From Felis catus (lineage: Eukaryota), in contig NC_058368.1 of assembly GCF_018350175.1 (NCBI RefSeq), positions 208,818,001-208,882,000 on the forward strand: DNA of 64,000 nucleotides, given 5' to 3'. The position numbers and the translations under genes were made by a program. Positions 37,720 to 48,984 of this stretch are shown piece by piece. The notes under the pieces were generated by a model. The model saw nothing but the letters and a program-made list of their open reading frames with translations. It searched no databases and was not told the DNA's origin. The first letter of the stretch is position 1; every line of letters begins with the position of its first letter.

Positions 37720-38530
37720 TTTTAAGCACTTGGGATTCATTGGTGAGCAAGCCAAGCAAAGGTCCCTGCCTCCTGGAGTTGACTTTCTATTAGAGGAGAC
37801 AATGAATAAAAAAACATAAGAAATAAGTCCTACAGTGTGTTGGAAGACTGTATAGTTGGGGGCGGGGAAGCAAGGGAGGAGGGTCTGAATTCGGGTTTGG
37901 GGACAGATTGCATTTTAAACAGGGAAGTCAGGGTAGGACTTGGTAGTGATGACATTTGGGCAGAGATGTGAAGGGGATGCGGGAATTAGCCTGTGTGTCT
38001 GATCTGTGGTTCTCAACTCACGATGATTTTGCCCCAGGGACATTAAGCAATGTCTAGAGGAGGGTGGGGGGATACTACTGGCACCTCCTGGGCAGAGGCC
38101 AGGAATACGGCTCAATATCCTACAACATGGGAGGACAGCCTCCCATAGCAAAGAATGATCCTGCCCAAAATGTCAGTGGGGCTAAAGTTGAGAAACCCTG
38201 TATGTGAGGAACGGTAAGGAGGCCAGAGAGGCTAGAGTGGCAGAAAGGAAAAGAGAAGTAGAAGATGAGGTTCAGACGTAACAAAGGCTGGAGGAGAAGG
38301 GGTGGCCAGGTCAGGTAGGGCCTTAGGCCAGTGTGGACTTTGGTTTTTACTCCAAAAGAAATGGGGAGCCTTTGGAGGGTTTGGAACAGAGAGGGACATG
38401 ACCTGCATTAACGGTTTTAGGACTATTGCTCTGGCTGCTGAATGGAATATAGACTGAAGGCTAAGGCTGGCATGAAGGAGTTCAGGGGCTGCGGTGGGAA
38501 TCCAGGCAGAGATGTTGGGGCTCAGACCAG
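37720..38530 (-). mobile_element. L2 fragment interrupted by MER20
   Basis: tccctgcctcctggagttgactttcta...tgacatttgggcagagatgtgaagg...ggagggttttggaacagagagggacatgacctg...ctctggctgctgaatgga. Confidence 0.7.
38004..38200 (+). mobile_element. MER20 hAT-Charlie MITE
   Basis: Terminal inverted repeats GTGGTTCTCAAC / GTTGAGAAACCCTG; internal gattttgccccagggaca...cctacaa...aaagaatgatcctgcccaaaatgtca. Confidence 0.88.
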
Positions 38531-39042
38531 GAAGCAGCTTCGTGATTTCCATGCAGCAAAGACATCCACAGCCAAATTTTAGGTATCAGACAATGAGGTG
38601 TTCTGGGGATTCCACACAATCTCCACTCTTTTCATTACAATGCATCCTATAATATAATATATATATTCTATATAACCTAGATAGAGGAGTATCGATCAAT
38701 ATAGGTCTCTCAGTTGACCAAATGATCAGTAGACATGGTTAAGTTGCGTTAGCTGGGTTTTGTTCACACAATAGGATACCTGATATCTGTTTTAACAATC
38801 AGTGCATGAAAAAACAGTGTGCCATGGGTGAGGCACAGTGTAACCCTTCTCTGCTTTACCATGGTCTTGGCAAAACGTAGTTCGCTCTTGTGAACAACTA
38901 TTTTGAGGTGTATTTTTCGAAGCCGCGTACAACCCTAAACATGCTCAATTACCTACAATTGGGATGGAGGGAGCATAAAAGGTCTAGGACCTAATAACCA
39001 GGGGTTTGAATAGCTTTCTTCTTTTAGAAATGTATTTAATTG

Positions 39043-39274
39043 AGGCGCCTGGGTGGCTCAGTTGGTTGAGCGTCTGACTTTGGCTCAGGTCATGATCTCA
39101 TGGTTCGTGAGTTCGAGCCCCACGTCGGGCTCTGTGCTGTCAGCTCGGAGCCTGGAGCCTGCTTAGGATTCTGTGTCTCCTTCTCTCTCTCTGCCCCTCC
39201 CCTGCTTGTGCTCTGTCTCTCTCTGTCTCTCAAAAATAAATAAATGTAAAAAAAAATTTTTTTTAATAAAAAAA
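39043..39274 (+). mobile_element. Can-SINE (SINEC_Fc-like)
   Basis: Perfect 17-bp TSD AGAAATGTATTTAATTG at 39026-39042 and 39275-39291. Confidence 0.96.
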
Positions 39275-39589
39275 AGAAATGTATTTAATTGTTCAAATAG
39301 CTCCTCTTCTCTTACTTGCTCAGCCAAAGCAAATGCTGCAACAGAGCAGAAAATACTAAGGGATTGGGAATTCACGCTCTTACCCAGAGGTCTCGGGCAT
39401 CTGAGAAGCATCGCCTCCCCATTCCTCTGTGTGATCTCCGTAAAGACTACATCTCTTGTCCTGTGTCCTCCGCGGGAATCCCGGGGCTGCAGAGGCTGGG
39501 CCCCACCCCGGGGTCAAGCCGCCTCTCCCACAAACAGCATCCCATTGATTGCTGATACATTTAAATGTCTTCTCACAGTATGACTATAT

Positions 39590-39800
39590 ATTTTTAATTT
39601 TTTAATGTTTATTTTTGAGAGAGAGACAGAGTGTGAGCAGGGGAGGGGCAGAGAGAGAGAGGGAGACACAGAATCCGAAGCAGGCTCCAGGCTCTGAGCT
39701 GTCAGCACAGAGCCCGGCGCGGGGCTTGAACCCACGGACCGCGAGATCATGACCTGAGACGAAGTCGGACGCTTAACCGACTGAGCCACCCAGTCTCCCC
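39590..39800 (-). mobile_element. Can-SINE (young SINEC_Fc-like), antisense
   Basis: Full-length reverse copy with CpGs retained. Confidence 0.96.
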
Positions 39801-40065
39801 TGCTGTAATTTTTTTTTTTAAGTCATGCTGGTCCAAGGAAGCGGTAGTCTCTCGGTCAGTGAAAAGTAGGTTGCCAGGAAGTTTTTAAGGAAGTTTTAAC
39901 ATACAGTTGGATCCATGAGCTTTTCACTGGTTCTATCAAGTTGGGTCTGGTCCCAGTCAGCCGCCCAGAGGTGTCGAGTCGGGGAGGGGCTCTGGGGAAG
40001 AGTGCTCCGTATTGCAGATGCGAGTGGCAGTGGTGGAGGATCCTTCCCGATCCTCGCCCTCTAAG

Positions 40066-40233
40066 ACAGGGCTTCTCCAAGTACGGTCTGCGGGTCACCT
40101 ACATCAGAATTCACTAAAAATGGAGATTCTTTGGCCCCCTCCCCGCACCTTCCACCAAGGGCAGGGCCGGGAATCTGCATTTCAGTGAGCATCCCGCACC
40201 TTCTCATCCACACGCACATCTGAGAGCCACTCC
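40066..40233. mobile_element. MER5A-like hAT MITE
   Basis: cagggcttctccaagtacggtc...catcagaattcac...gggaatctgcatttc...tgagagccact. Confidence 0.7.
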
Positions 40234-40608
40234 TCTAGCTTCCATTAGCAGCCGTGAAAAATGGCCTTCAAGGATCAGCCTGCTCACAGCAACCTCAATA
40301 CAGACTCGTTCAGCACGGCAGCTGTTATGCAAATGAAAGGTGCGCTTCTAAGGATTTGCTTTCTGCAAGGAAATGTGTCACCCACCACGCTAGTCTCCCC
40401 TTTTAACTGGATACGCTTCCTTCTGTGGAGACGTGGGTGCGTTCTAGCGTCTGTTGTCGGGGGAAGACAGTGGTTACGGAGCCTAACTGGCTGGTGGCTC
40501 CGCTGTGGGTCCCATCCTGGCTGACTGTCGGAGGCACTTTGATGTAGCAGACTGCTTGAAAGGATCGCTGTCATCTCACGTGACCTTTTCTGTTTCCTTG
40601 TTGAACAG

Positions 40609-41093
40609 CAAATATGCCAGAGGATTATCCTGATCAGTTTGACGACGTCATGGATTTTATTCAAGCTACCATCAGAAGACTGAAAAGGTCACCCGAGAAA
40701 CAAATGGCCTTGCCGCCTAGAAGAGAGCGGAATCGGCAGGCGGCGGCCGCCAACCCGGAGAATTCCAGAGGGAAAGGTCGGCGAGGCCAGAGGGGCAGAA
40801 ATCGGGGTTGTGTCTTAACTGCGATACATTTGAACGTCACCGACCTGGGTTTGGGCTACGAAACCAAGGAGGAACTGATTTTTAGGTACTGCAGCGGCTC
40901 CTGTGATGCAGCTGAGACAATGTACGACAAAATATTAAAAAACTTATCCAAAAACAGAAGGCTGGTGAGTGACAAAGTCGGGCAGGCATGTTGCAGACCC
41001 ATCGCCTATGACGACGACCTGTCGTTTTTAGATGACAACCTGGTTTACCATATTCTAAGAAAGCATTCCGCTAAAAGGTGTGGATGTATCTGA
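40609..41093 (+). CDS. GDNF: GDNF coding exon 3 (rest of pro-domain, furin site RLKR, 134-aa mature cystine-knot domain starting SPEKQ at 40689)
   Basis: Polypyrimidine tract plus AACAG acceptor ends at 40608. The phase-1 join T+CA gives Ser; 151+485=636 nt = 211 aa + TGA. Seven conserved cysteines (GCVL, YCSGSC, ACCRP, RCGCI) and N-glycosylation sequons NVT and NLS are present. Confidence 0.99.
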
Positions 41094-41203
41094 CTCGGGC
41101 TCCAGAGACCGCTGTGTATTGCATTCCTGCTACAGTGCAAAGAAAGGGACCAAGGTTCCCAGGAAATGTTTGCCCAGAACGGAAGATGAGGACCAAGGAG
41201 GCA

Positions 41204-41266
41204 GAGGAGGAGGAGGAGGAGGAGACAGGAGGAGGAGGAGGAGGAGGAGGAGGAGGAGGAGGAGGA
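41204..41266 (+). repeat. Interrupted AGG trinucleotide repeat in the 3'UTR: (GAG)7 ACA (GGA)13
   Basis: Counted directly from the sequence. Confidence 0.97.
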
Positions 41267-43763
41267 AGGCAGCCATTGGGGGAGCCTGGTAGAGGGAGAT
41301 CCAGCTACAGAGAACCGGAAGGGAGAGAAAACAGCCATCCAGATTCTCCTGGCCGGCAGCCGACGTCACCAGAAGCTCAGGGCTGGTGTCCCTGGTTGGG
41401 CGTTTCCTTTCATCTGATAGAGCCCACCGTCACCGGTCACGGGCACAGTTGCGGATGCACTTGAAGCCAAACCAGTGTGTCTCCTGTGGTTTATTTTCAC
41501 ATGTCTGGAGACACCCGGGGAAATGGTAATCCTGGTGTCATTCCTTGTCGTGACGTTTTACTGCTGAAAGCAAGAGAGGTTTCTTTTTCTGTCACTCAGC
41601 GGAGACATACCCCAGGAAAGGAGGAAGGCGAAACAACAACAGCAACGACACAAGAGATAGTTGCCTTTGAATTTGAAAGTTGAGGCCTGAGGTTTACCAC
41701 AGCCAGCGTTTTGTGAACGGTCGGTGATTGATTTTGAACATGGTGTGTGGGGTGGGAAGAAGTTGGCTAGGAACCAAAAAGGCTGTCCTCGTGACTAAAA
41801 ACAAACCTGAAGGTATTTCCTTTATGTCCTTGGAAACAGGAAGCCAGTTGTGGTTTTCGGCAGCATTCTTGCAGGAGAGCAGAGTGGGGACGGCCCCCAG
41901 CTGCACCGGGGCAGGGACACCCACTGGGCCTGTCGGTTTACAGAGAGACAGATGTTACATACACCCCAGCTCCGTTTATGCGTGGTCACCAGTGACCAGA
42001 GAAGCTACTCGATGCAATGCATCTGTTTCAGATACAGAAATATAGAGAAGATATTTATTGAGATTTAAGTTATTGTTATTTATTACCGTTCACTAATGAG
42101 TTTCTCTTTTTCTCCCCCCTTATTTATTAAAGTTTCTTTTCGAAGGTGCCAAAGTATATGTGCTCGCAAAATGCAAAGAAAGGTGACAAAGGAAATTTTA
42201 AATTGGGAACAAGGGTCCATGCTTTCCAAAGTATTAAAAAGTTTTTCGCTAGGCAAAAATCACTTACTTTACCTTTTTCAGAAAAGCCCTCGTTAATCTC
42301 CCGGATGTCAGCATCTTCCCTGTTTTTATTTTTGAAAAAAAGGCATGTGTCAGAAGGAGCGCTTCTGACAGGCCCCCTTTCCGGGAGCAGCATGCACAGA
42401 CCGTCAGCACTGGCTTTATTTCCTCACTGCTCCGTCACTGAGTAGATATGCCACATGCTCCCCCTTCTGTTGTATGTAAGCTCTCACTCCCTTCCACATA
42501 TATCTATCTGTGATATGCATCACCATATATATGAAAGGTTAAATTCCTTTTAGTAGGTAGTCCTGGATTCAGTGTTGACCTAAAAGTAAAACAAAAATCC
42601 TGTCGGGTAACCAGGGTCCCGCCCTGGCTCGTGGGGACCCTTCCTCCATCCTTCCGTCCACCCACCGTCTTCTAGAGAAACGTGCTCACACCCAGTGCGT
42701 GCCGGCCTTCCAGAAATGGGATCGACCTGGTTGCCCCAAAAGTCCCCTGGCCGTGACCTTGTGGGGCAACAGTTGCTGTCCCTGTCAGAAGAAGGTGGCT
42801 CAGAAGGCAGGACGAGGAACACGTGTCTGGCCCAGCCACATACGCACACCGAGTCTCGTGCCCACAAAATGTACTACCTGTGTGCTGAAAGCCTTCGGAG
42901 AGGCGGGGGCTGGATGGGAACCAGCACCTTGCACGAGTCCCGGAGGTGGGTTTGTCTGGCAGCTGACCCACGCACAATGCACTGGGCCCTATATTTGAGT
43001 TTGTTGCACGTTTCGCAAAAGGGATTTTTATCAAGGAAATCATCTATCACTCCCTGCGTGGCTATTAGCCCCAAAGTAGGACAGAGTTAGCAATCAAATG
43101 ACCTACTGACCTCCCTCAAATAATCACGTTAATTTAAAAAGTAACCAAGAGACGGCATTTACCAGATACCCCTTCTCCCAAGCCCCCGAAAACCCAGGTT
43201 CTCCCTCATTCTGTCCCTCTCTGTCCTTTCTGCTCCCCTTGCACGACTTGGAAATAAAGGGAAAGGACCTCCTAGGGCCAGAGTGGAGACTTTGCTGACA
43301 GAGAGCAGCCTGCTCAAAAATCGTGACAGACCCGGCCATCTGGCCATTCATGAAGCACGATTTGACGCAGCCCCAGGATCATCTGTCTGATTCAGAGAAT
43401 CCTGGCAGATTGGGTGGCTGGTGTCCCCAGATGTCAGGCTCAGTTATCCGCACCCCCGGCAACCCTGATTCCCACGGAGAGCCCCTGCCCACATGCGCCC
43501 TAGGATATGGTGGATGTTGACAACTCGTTCCCAGCATCACCTACACACCACAAGCAAGTTTTAACTGAAGCAAATCACTCCAAATCCACAAAAGGGTAAA
43601 GTTTGTGATTTTTCTATATCGTTGCGATTACCATCTGATCCAGTAAGGAGTGCACTTCTTTGGAAGTTCCAACTTCTCTGATCTGTCCCAATCGTTTGTG
43701 TTATACAACCAAAGTTCTCTACAGACTTTATTTTTGTACAATATCATTTTGTAACTTTTTACG

Positions 43764-43769
43764 AATAAA
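43764..43769 (+). terminator. Main polyadenylation signal of GDNF
   Basis: AATAAA preceded by U-rich and TGTA elements (TTTTTGTACA, TTTTGTAAC) and followed by pyrimidine/GT-rich sequence. Confidence 0.8.
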
Positions 43770-43964
43770 AACTCATTTCTATCGCTCCCTGTCCTGTACT
43801 CGCTCGTGCCTGTGGACCACAGCTAAGTCCCGCAGTCTTACCAGCCAAGCCCTGGGCTAGAGGGCTGTCCCCTTCACCACCACACAGCCCACTGGTTGGT
43901 CAGTGGCCTTGCCCATCAGCTCTCCATAACCAGTCACCGCCCAAGTGAGAAAAAACTTGCCAAG

Positions 43965-44290
43965 TTGTTCTTTGCTTATTCAACCAATATTTATGCTTTG
44001 CCTCCACTCTGCCAGGCACTATTCAAGACACCGGCCATCCCAAAGCGGCCAAAACCGAAAATTTTTGCCCTTGTGTAGTTGATATTTTACCCTAGTGGAG
44101 ACTGACAGTATTCAAAACAGTAAAAGTAGGTGGTGATCCAGTCAATGATAAACGCTATAGAGAATACAAACAGGCTATTATAATAGAAAAAGAAATGGGA
44201 CCTGCTTTAATTAGAGGTGACATTGAGGCAGGACTTAAGAAACAGGCAGTGCCTGCAAATAAGGAACGTCTTGGCAAAATCCTGAACGAG
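43965..44290 (-). mobile_element. L2 fragment just past the GDNF poly(A) site
   Basis: attcaaccaatatttat...tgccaggcactattcaag...aggtgacattgaggcaggacttaa. Confidence 0.55.
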
Positions 44291-45298
44291 GCAAACAGGA
44301 GGGAGCCACCACGTTGCACAACTTTGGGTGACACCATCCGCCTCTGTTCTGTATGACAGTGTAGCAGACAATGATGCTGTAGCAACTCCCTGGAGTTGGT
44401 GGAAATGGTGGCCCTTAGCTTTGTGTATTCTGGTGGCAAGTAAAATGCACCAAAGAGGGGAAATGCCACTGCTCTGGGTTGGGGATGAGAGCATGCTTCC
44501 TCCTCAGATGACACACACCCCATGTTATGTCATAGGTGGCCTTGTGACTGTTGAAAGGTAGCCTTGTGTGGTGTTTTAAACCCCAAACAAAACTGACACT
44601 CTTAACACTCATGCTAAGTGTCTGCCAGCTTAGGTTTTCCAACAGACAGCATTCCGAGCAGTGCCAGGCTTTGCCCGAAATGCCCTTTCCTTCCTGACAC
44701 TCACCGATCCCCTGCGCTGAGATTCCACGGTGTCTCCGGGCCCCACTGTGGGCTCCAGTGTTTAGAGTCCTTTTGCCAGGGCAGTGCTGAGGCCAGCCTT
44801 GCTTTCTGTGAGCCACATTCTGGTACGAAGTTAGTGACTTGCAAAGGGAATGCAAAGATTGTAAATTCTTGCTTGCTTCTGCTCCCTTTTCAGAGTCATT
44901 TCTCCAAAGTGTGCTCCCAGGATGGCTAATTGGATGAGATGCTCTTCAAAAAAAAAGGAGGATGGGGCGGTTCTCTGATCAAATAAGTTTGGAAAACACT
45001 GAGATACTAACATCAAACAGTTTGTAAAGTTAAAAGGAGAAGTGTAAAACTTATCAGAGCCTTGATTACACCAACAAACACTGACAGTCCAGGAGGGGCA
45101 TGGTGTGTGGAACTTTCCAGGTGGGTGTGGCCATGGAACTGACTGCTCCCTTGTTTGCTTTCTCATCGCACCTGCTGACCATCCCTTGAAACTACCTTGG
45201 GCTGTGTTGCCTACTCCTATCAGCATCAGGACGAGCAGAGAGGGGGCTAGAAATCAGTAGAGAGACAAACTGCTGGGGAGCTCCCACAGGAAGGACAC

Positions 45299-45300
<2 letters not shown>

Positions 45301-45350
<50 letters not shown>
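45301..45350. repeat. (AC)25 microsatellite
   Basis: Direct count. Confidence 0.98.
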
Positions 45351-45352
<2 letters not shown>

Positions 45353-46410
45353 TTGGGTACTGTGGCTTCTTGCTCAACATGATTAACCAGTGGTCAGCCT
45401 TGGAAATTTCCTTTCCAAAGGGAGAATGTGAAACGAGTTTCTCTCACGTCAGAGAGAATGTGTTGAAAGCTGGGAAATTCCTAGCCATAAAAAAGAGAAC
45501 TTTCACCGTGCTTACTGAAAATCCTCACCGGGCTCGAGTTGTTTTGAACCACAAGTGCTTTGGCTGCTCTGTGGTCTGGAGGGATTGCTTCCCCCTTGCA
45601 GTGGTCTTCAGAGGACATACTGCTTTTGTGGGGCTCCAGGTTCTGAATTCTTGGCGTCCAGGAACCGTGTGGGCGCACTGGATTAGGAGTCCCGTCACCA
45701 GGCTCCAAGAGTCTCGTGTTGCTTGTGCTCGTGAGATCAGCCCACACGGATTTTCTCCTGTGTGGCCACAGCTGAGTGAAGCAAAGGTTTAAGAGAACTT
45801 TTTGAAGAGTCAATCCACTCTCAAGGTAAAGGTGGACAATCAGAATTTCCTGAACCTATTTAGGTCTCAAAAACAGAAAGCACCACCCCCCCCCCCTTCA
45901 CATGGGAAGTCCTACTTGGGTGGAGGCTGATTTGCTATCTGACCCCAGAATCACAGGGAGGAGGGAGCCCAAGACGTCACACTGTCCACCTCAGAGCACA
46001 ATGGCGGGGGGGAGGGGTGTCAGCCACAGGCTCTGGGGCTTTTTTCCATCAGGTAATGAAATGTCTGAACCCGGAGTGTCTTCTTGGGACACATCTTTCT
46101 TAACAGAACTGTTACTGCGATCCCATGCAACAGTTAACTTTAGTCTCATCACATCCTGAATGAAATTAACACCAAATACCGCCAAGTCATCCGTGAAAAC
46201 AAACAGGCAGTTGGGGGAATAAAGGGAAAGTGCCCACTGACTCATGTATGACAACCCGTGCACCTTCACGTCCTGGCCCCGTGGCAGGTGAGGGTAACAG
46301 TGATAAGAATGCAGATGGGGTGGAGGATGTGTGGGGACAGGTGCACAGAGAGTGCTGGAATGTCCTGGCCAGCAGCAGGTGAGGAGAAAACCTGAAAGGA
46401 AAAGGAATCA

Positions 46411-46605
46411 GGGAGAGTTAGAGAATAGGGCAGCCAGGTCATTTGAATTTCTGATAAACATGTGCAATTTCTCAGTATAACTCTGTCTTTATGCAAGATT
46501 TGGGACTTGCGATATTTGGGACATACTTACATGAAAACGGTTACTCGTTGTTTATCTGTATTTGAGCTGGGCACCCTCTATTTTAGCTTGCTACCCCTGG
46601 CAAGA
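46411..46605. mobile_element. MER53-like palindromic MITE
   Basis: atttgaatttctgataaaca...agtataa...tgggacatacttac...tcgttgtttatctg...ctgggcaccctctatttt...ctggcaa. Confidence 0.7.
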
Positions 46606-46776
46606 GAAAGCGACATTTGAGCTGAGCTTTGAGGATGAGCATTAATCTGTCAGGTGGACAAGGGCAAGGGCTGGGGGTGGGATGAGGGACAGACGTCCCA
46701 GGCTGAAGGAACAGTGTGACCCAAAAGGACAGAAGGGCACCGTACATTCAAGGAGCCGTGAGCAGGGCGGTGGGCT

Positions 46777-47045
46777 CAGGGCTGACTTAGCCGTTAGGCA
46801 CAGCAGACGCCGTGGCTAGGGGCCACAAGACTTTTAGAGGGCCTTTTACTTAAATAACAATGTTAATATTTTTTAAATCAGAAGAAAAATTGAATAGAAC
46901 AGTATTGAATATATAATAACAAATCCGGTCTGGATTATCATCCTCTTTATGAAACAGTGTGGTCATATAATTTTTGATATTTTTGGTGGAGAAGGGGCCC
47001 ACAAAGGCAAAAGCGCCTGGGATTCACAAAAGTACCACAGCCCTG
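46777..47045 (+). mobile_element. MER96B-like hAT MITE
   Basis: CAGGGCTG...CAGCCCTG termini; taggcacag...aaatcagaagaaaaa...ctggattat...ggggcccacaaaggcaaaag. Confidence 0.6.
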
Positions 47046-48444
47046 GGTGCACTGCTAATAACGGACTTGCCGTGGCCTCTGCCTACAGTTTCTCACCCTC
47101 TCGTCCACCCTGGTCGTGAACATCATAACTAGCACCTGGTAAGAACTTTTTATGTATATTATCTCATTCAGTCTTCACAACCACAAGGACAATAACCCTC
47201 TTCCCACCCTTCGAGTTACATTGGCTTCTCAAGATATTTGCATTTGCATCCCACTCAGGGAAACAAATCTAAGGGCAGGCCAGCAACATTCCAAGAACCA
47301 TTGACCCCCTTGGAGAAGACAATGTTGAGTCAGGCGACCCTGAGCATACTGGCAGCAAGGAGACAACAATGGAGGGAAGAACTGGTCAGACAGAAGGCGA
47401 GAAAGCTAGAGAGAAGATATAAGGCTCCACGAAATGAGAGAGCCAGCAGAGTTGAGCCATGACAAATAAGGATGAGGTTTTTAAACACGTGGAATAGATT
47501 ACTTTAAGTAGGGAAATTCTTTAAAGTGGTACATGTAAGGGATTTTAACCCATTTCTGGCTATGTGCCTGGGTTTCATTCATTCAATGAATTATTAAGCA
47601 TCTATCTCCTATCAGGGGAGGATATAAAGATAAAAACATATTAAGATAAAGCCCTCAAGTGGCCCCCAGATCAGAGGGACAGAAATAGATTTTACAAATA
47701 CATGATGAGGACAATGATAAGGACAACACAGTGCTATGGGAGCTTCAAGGACAGACCATAAATCCAGATGAGTTTGGCAGGTGGGGAAAGGTATCAGGGA
47801 TAGTAGCTTCCTGGAGGTGGATGCCTCAATGTACTATTAAAGAATGAGTAAGAATTTTCCAGACTGGAATTGGGGGAGAAGAGGGCATTCCACACAGAAG
47901 AGACTTGAGAGCTGGTAGCAAAGCCAACAAGAATAGAAACAGCCTGGTGTACTTTTGGCTTGGAAGGTGGAGAAGGGTCAAGGCCAGAGCTTTGGAAAGC
48001 AGGACTAATGAGCCTTCCTGGGCAAGAGAGGGAAGGAAGCAGTGAGGCCTCCTCACCCAAGTGAGGAAGGGTGGTGAGGGGTGGGGGGACAGAGAGCTCT
48101 CCCTCTGTTGGGCTCCAGCTTGGCCTCCACTCTCGGGAAAGGATACTTTGACCTCCATGCCTGACTTCACCCTTTCAGACCCTCTGCCTCCCCAAACCCT
48201 GGTCTGAGCCCCATTCTCTCAAAGCCTTGTCTGTACTGCTTTCATTCTCCCATAAAAAGCCCTCCAGAGACAGCTACTTTCCACAGGGGACTCAATGGGA
48301 CCAAAAAGACTTCCAGACCAACACTTCCCAAACTGGCCAGTTGAACTCTAAGAAAGTATTCATGCATATAAGGGTTTTTGATTTTAAAAATATGAGGAAA
48401 TGCTGCATATTTTGGTTCCACCTCAGAAAGAGATAGTACATATT

Positions 48445-48600
48445 ATTAGCATATTAAACAAGGCCCTGAGAAGGCCTGCAGAGGAAAACCTGTATTATTT
48501 TGTTTAACCCAGCATTTCACAATCTTATTAGACCAAGGAGCATTTGGTGACACCTCTAATAGAAGTGTTCTGCTGGACACAACTTGGGAAATAGTCCTAG
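48445..48600. mobile_element. hAT-Charlie-type MITE remnant
   Basis: ttagcatattaaa...ccctgagaaggcctgcag...gtttaacccagcatttc...acttgggaaat. Confidence 0.5.
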
Positions 48601-48984
48601 GAACAAAGGGATGATTCTTTAATGGAAGAATTACAGATGTCAGATGGTAAGTTATTTCTGTGCAGGGGGATCTTCCCAGCCCACCATCAGTATAAGGCAC
48701 TTTTGGCCTAAAGGACCTAACAAATGGCCACCACGTTTTCCTACATGCATCAATTGGACTGACTCAGTAAGCAGCCCAACTCAACCACGTTCTCCTTTCT
48801 TCCTGAGCTTGAGCTGAGGTGACCAGCATCCTCCCCTGTCCTCACTCTCCACCCATCTTCTATCCTAACCCCATCTGGCCAACCCTGCCATAGCTCACAA
48901 TTGCTGGGCTCTAAGATACTCCAAGGGGTTCTAATTCATGCTACACACACCAAATAATTGCAAATTCACCAAATAATTACAAAC

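Larger units (their letters stand above)
41094..43790 (+). other. GDNF: GDNF 3'UTR (~2.7 kb)
   Basis: Stretch free of recognisable interspersed repeats, from the stop codon to AATAAA at 43764-43769. It contains the AGG repeat and AU-rich blocks; L2-like sequence resumes at ~43970. Confidence 0.85.

Noticed and set aside
40321..40334. Sox-Oct-like GCTGTTATGCAAAT near exon 3 (and an octamer at 13105)
   Set aside because: The octamer is perfect but the Sox half is mismatched; single 8-mers are expected by chance in 64 kb.
40614..41093. 159-aa ORF as an independent gene
   Set aside because: It is exon 3 of GDNF read from an internal Met and lacks the signal peptide.
41091..41189. Stop-codon readthrough (TGA-C) giving a ~31-aa extension
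   Set aside because: The context is TGA CTC, not the TGA CTAG readthrough motif, and GDNF-family ligands end right after CxC.
41078..41464. ORFs with poly-E/poly-G/poly-R/poly-S/poly-L overlapping the GDNF stop
   Set aside because: These are translations of the AGG repeat in the 3'UTR; nothing supports coding.
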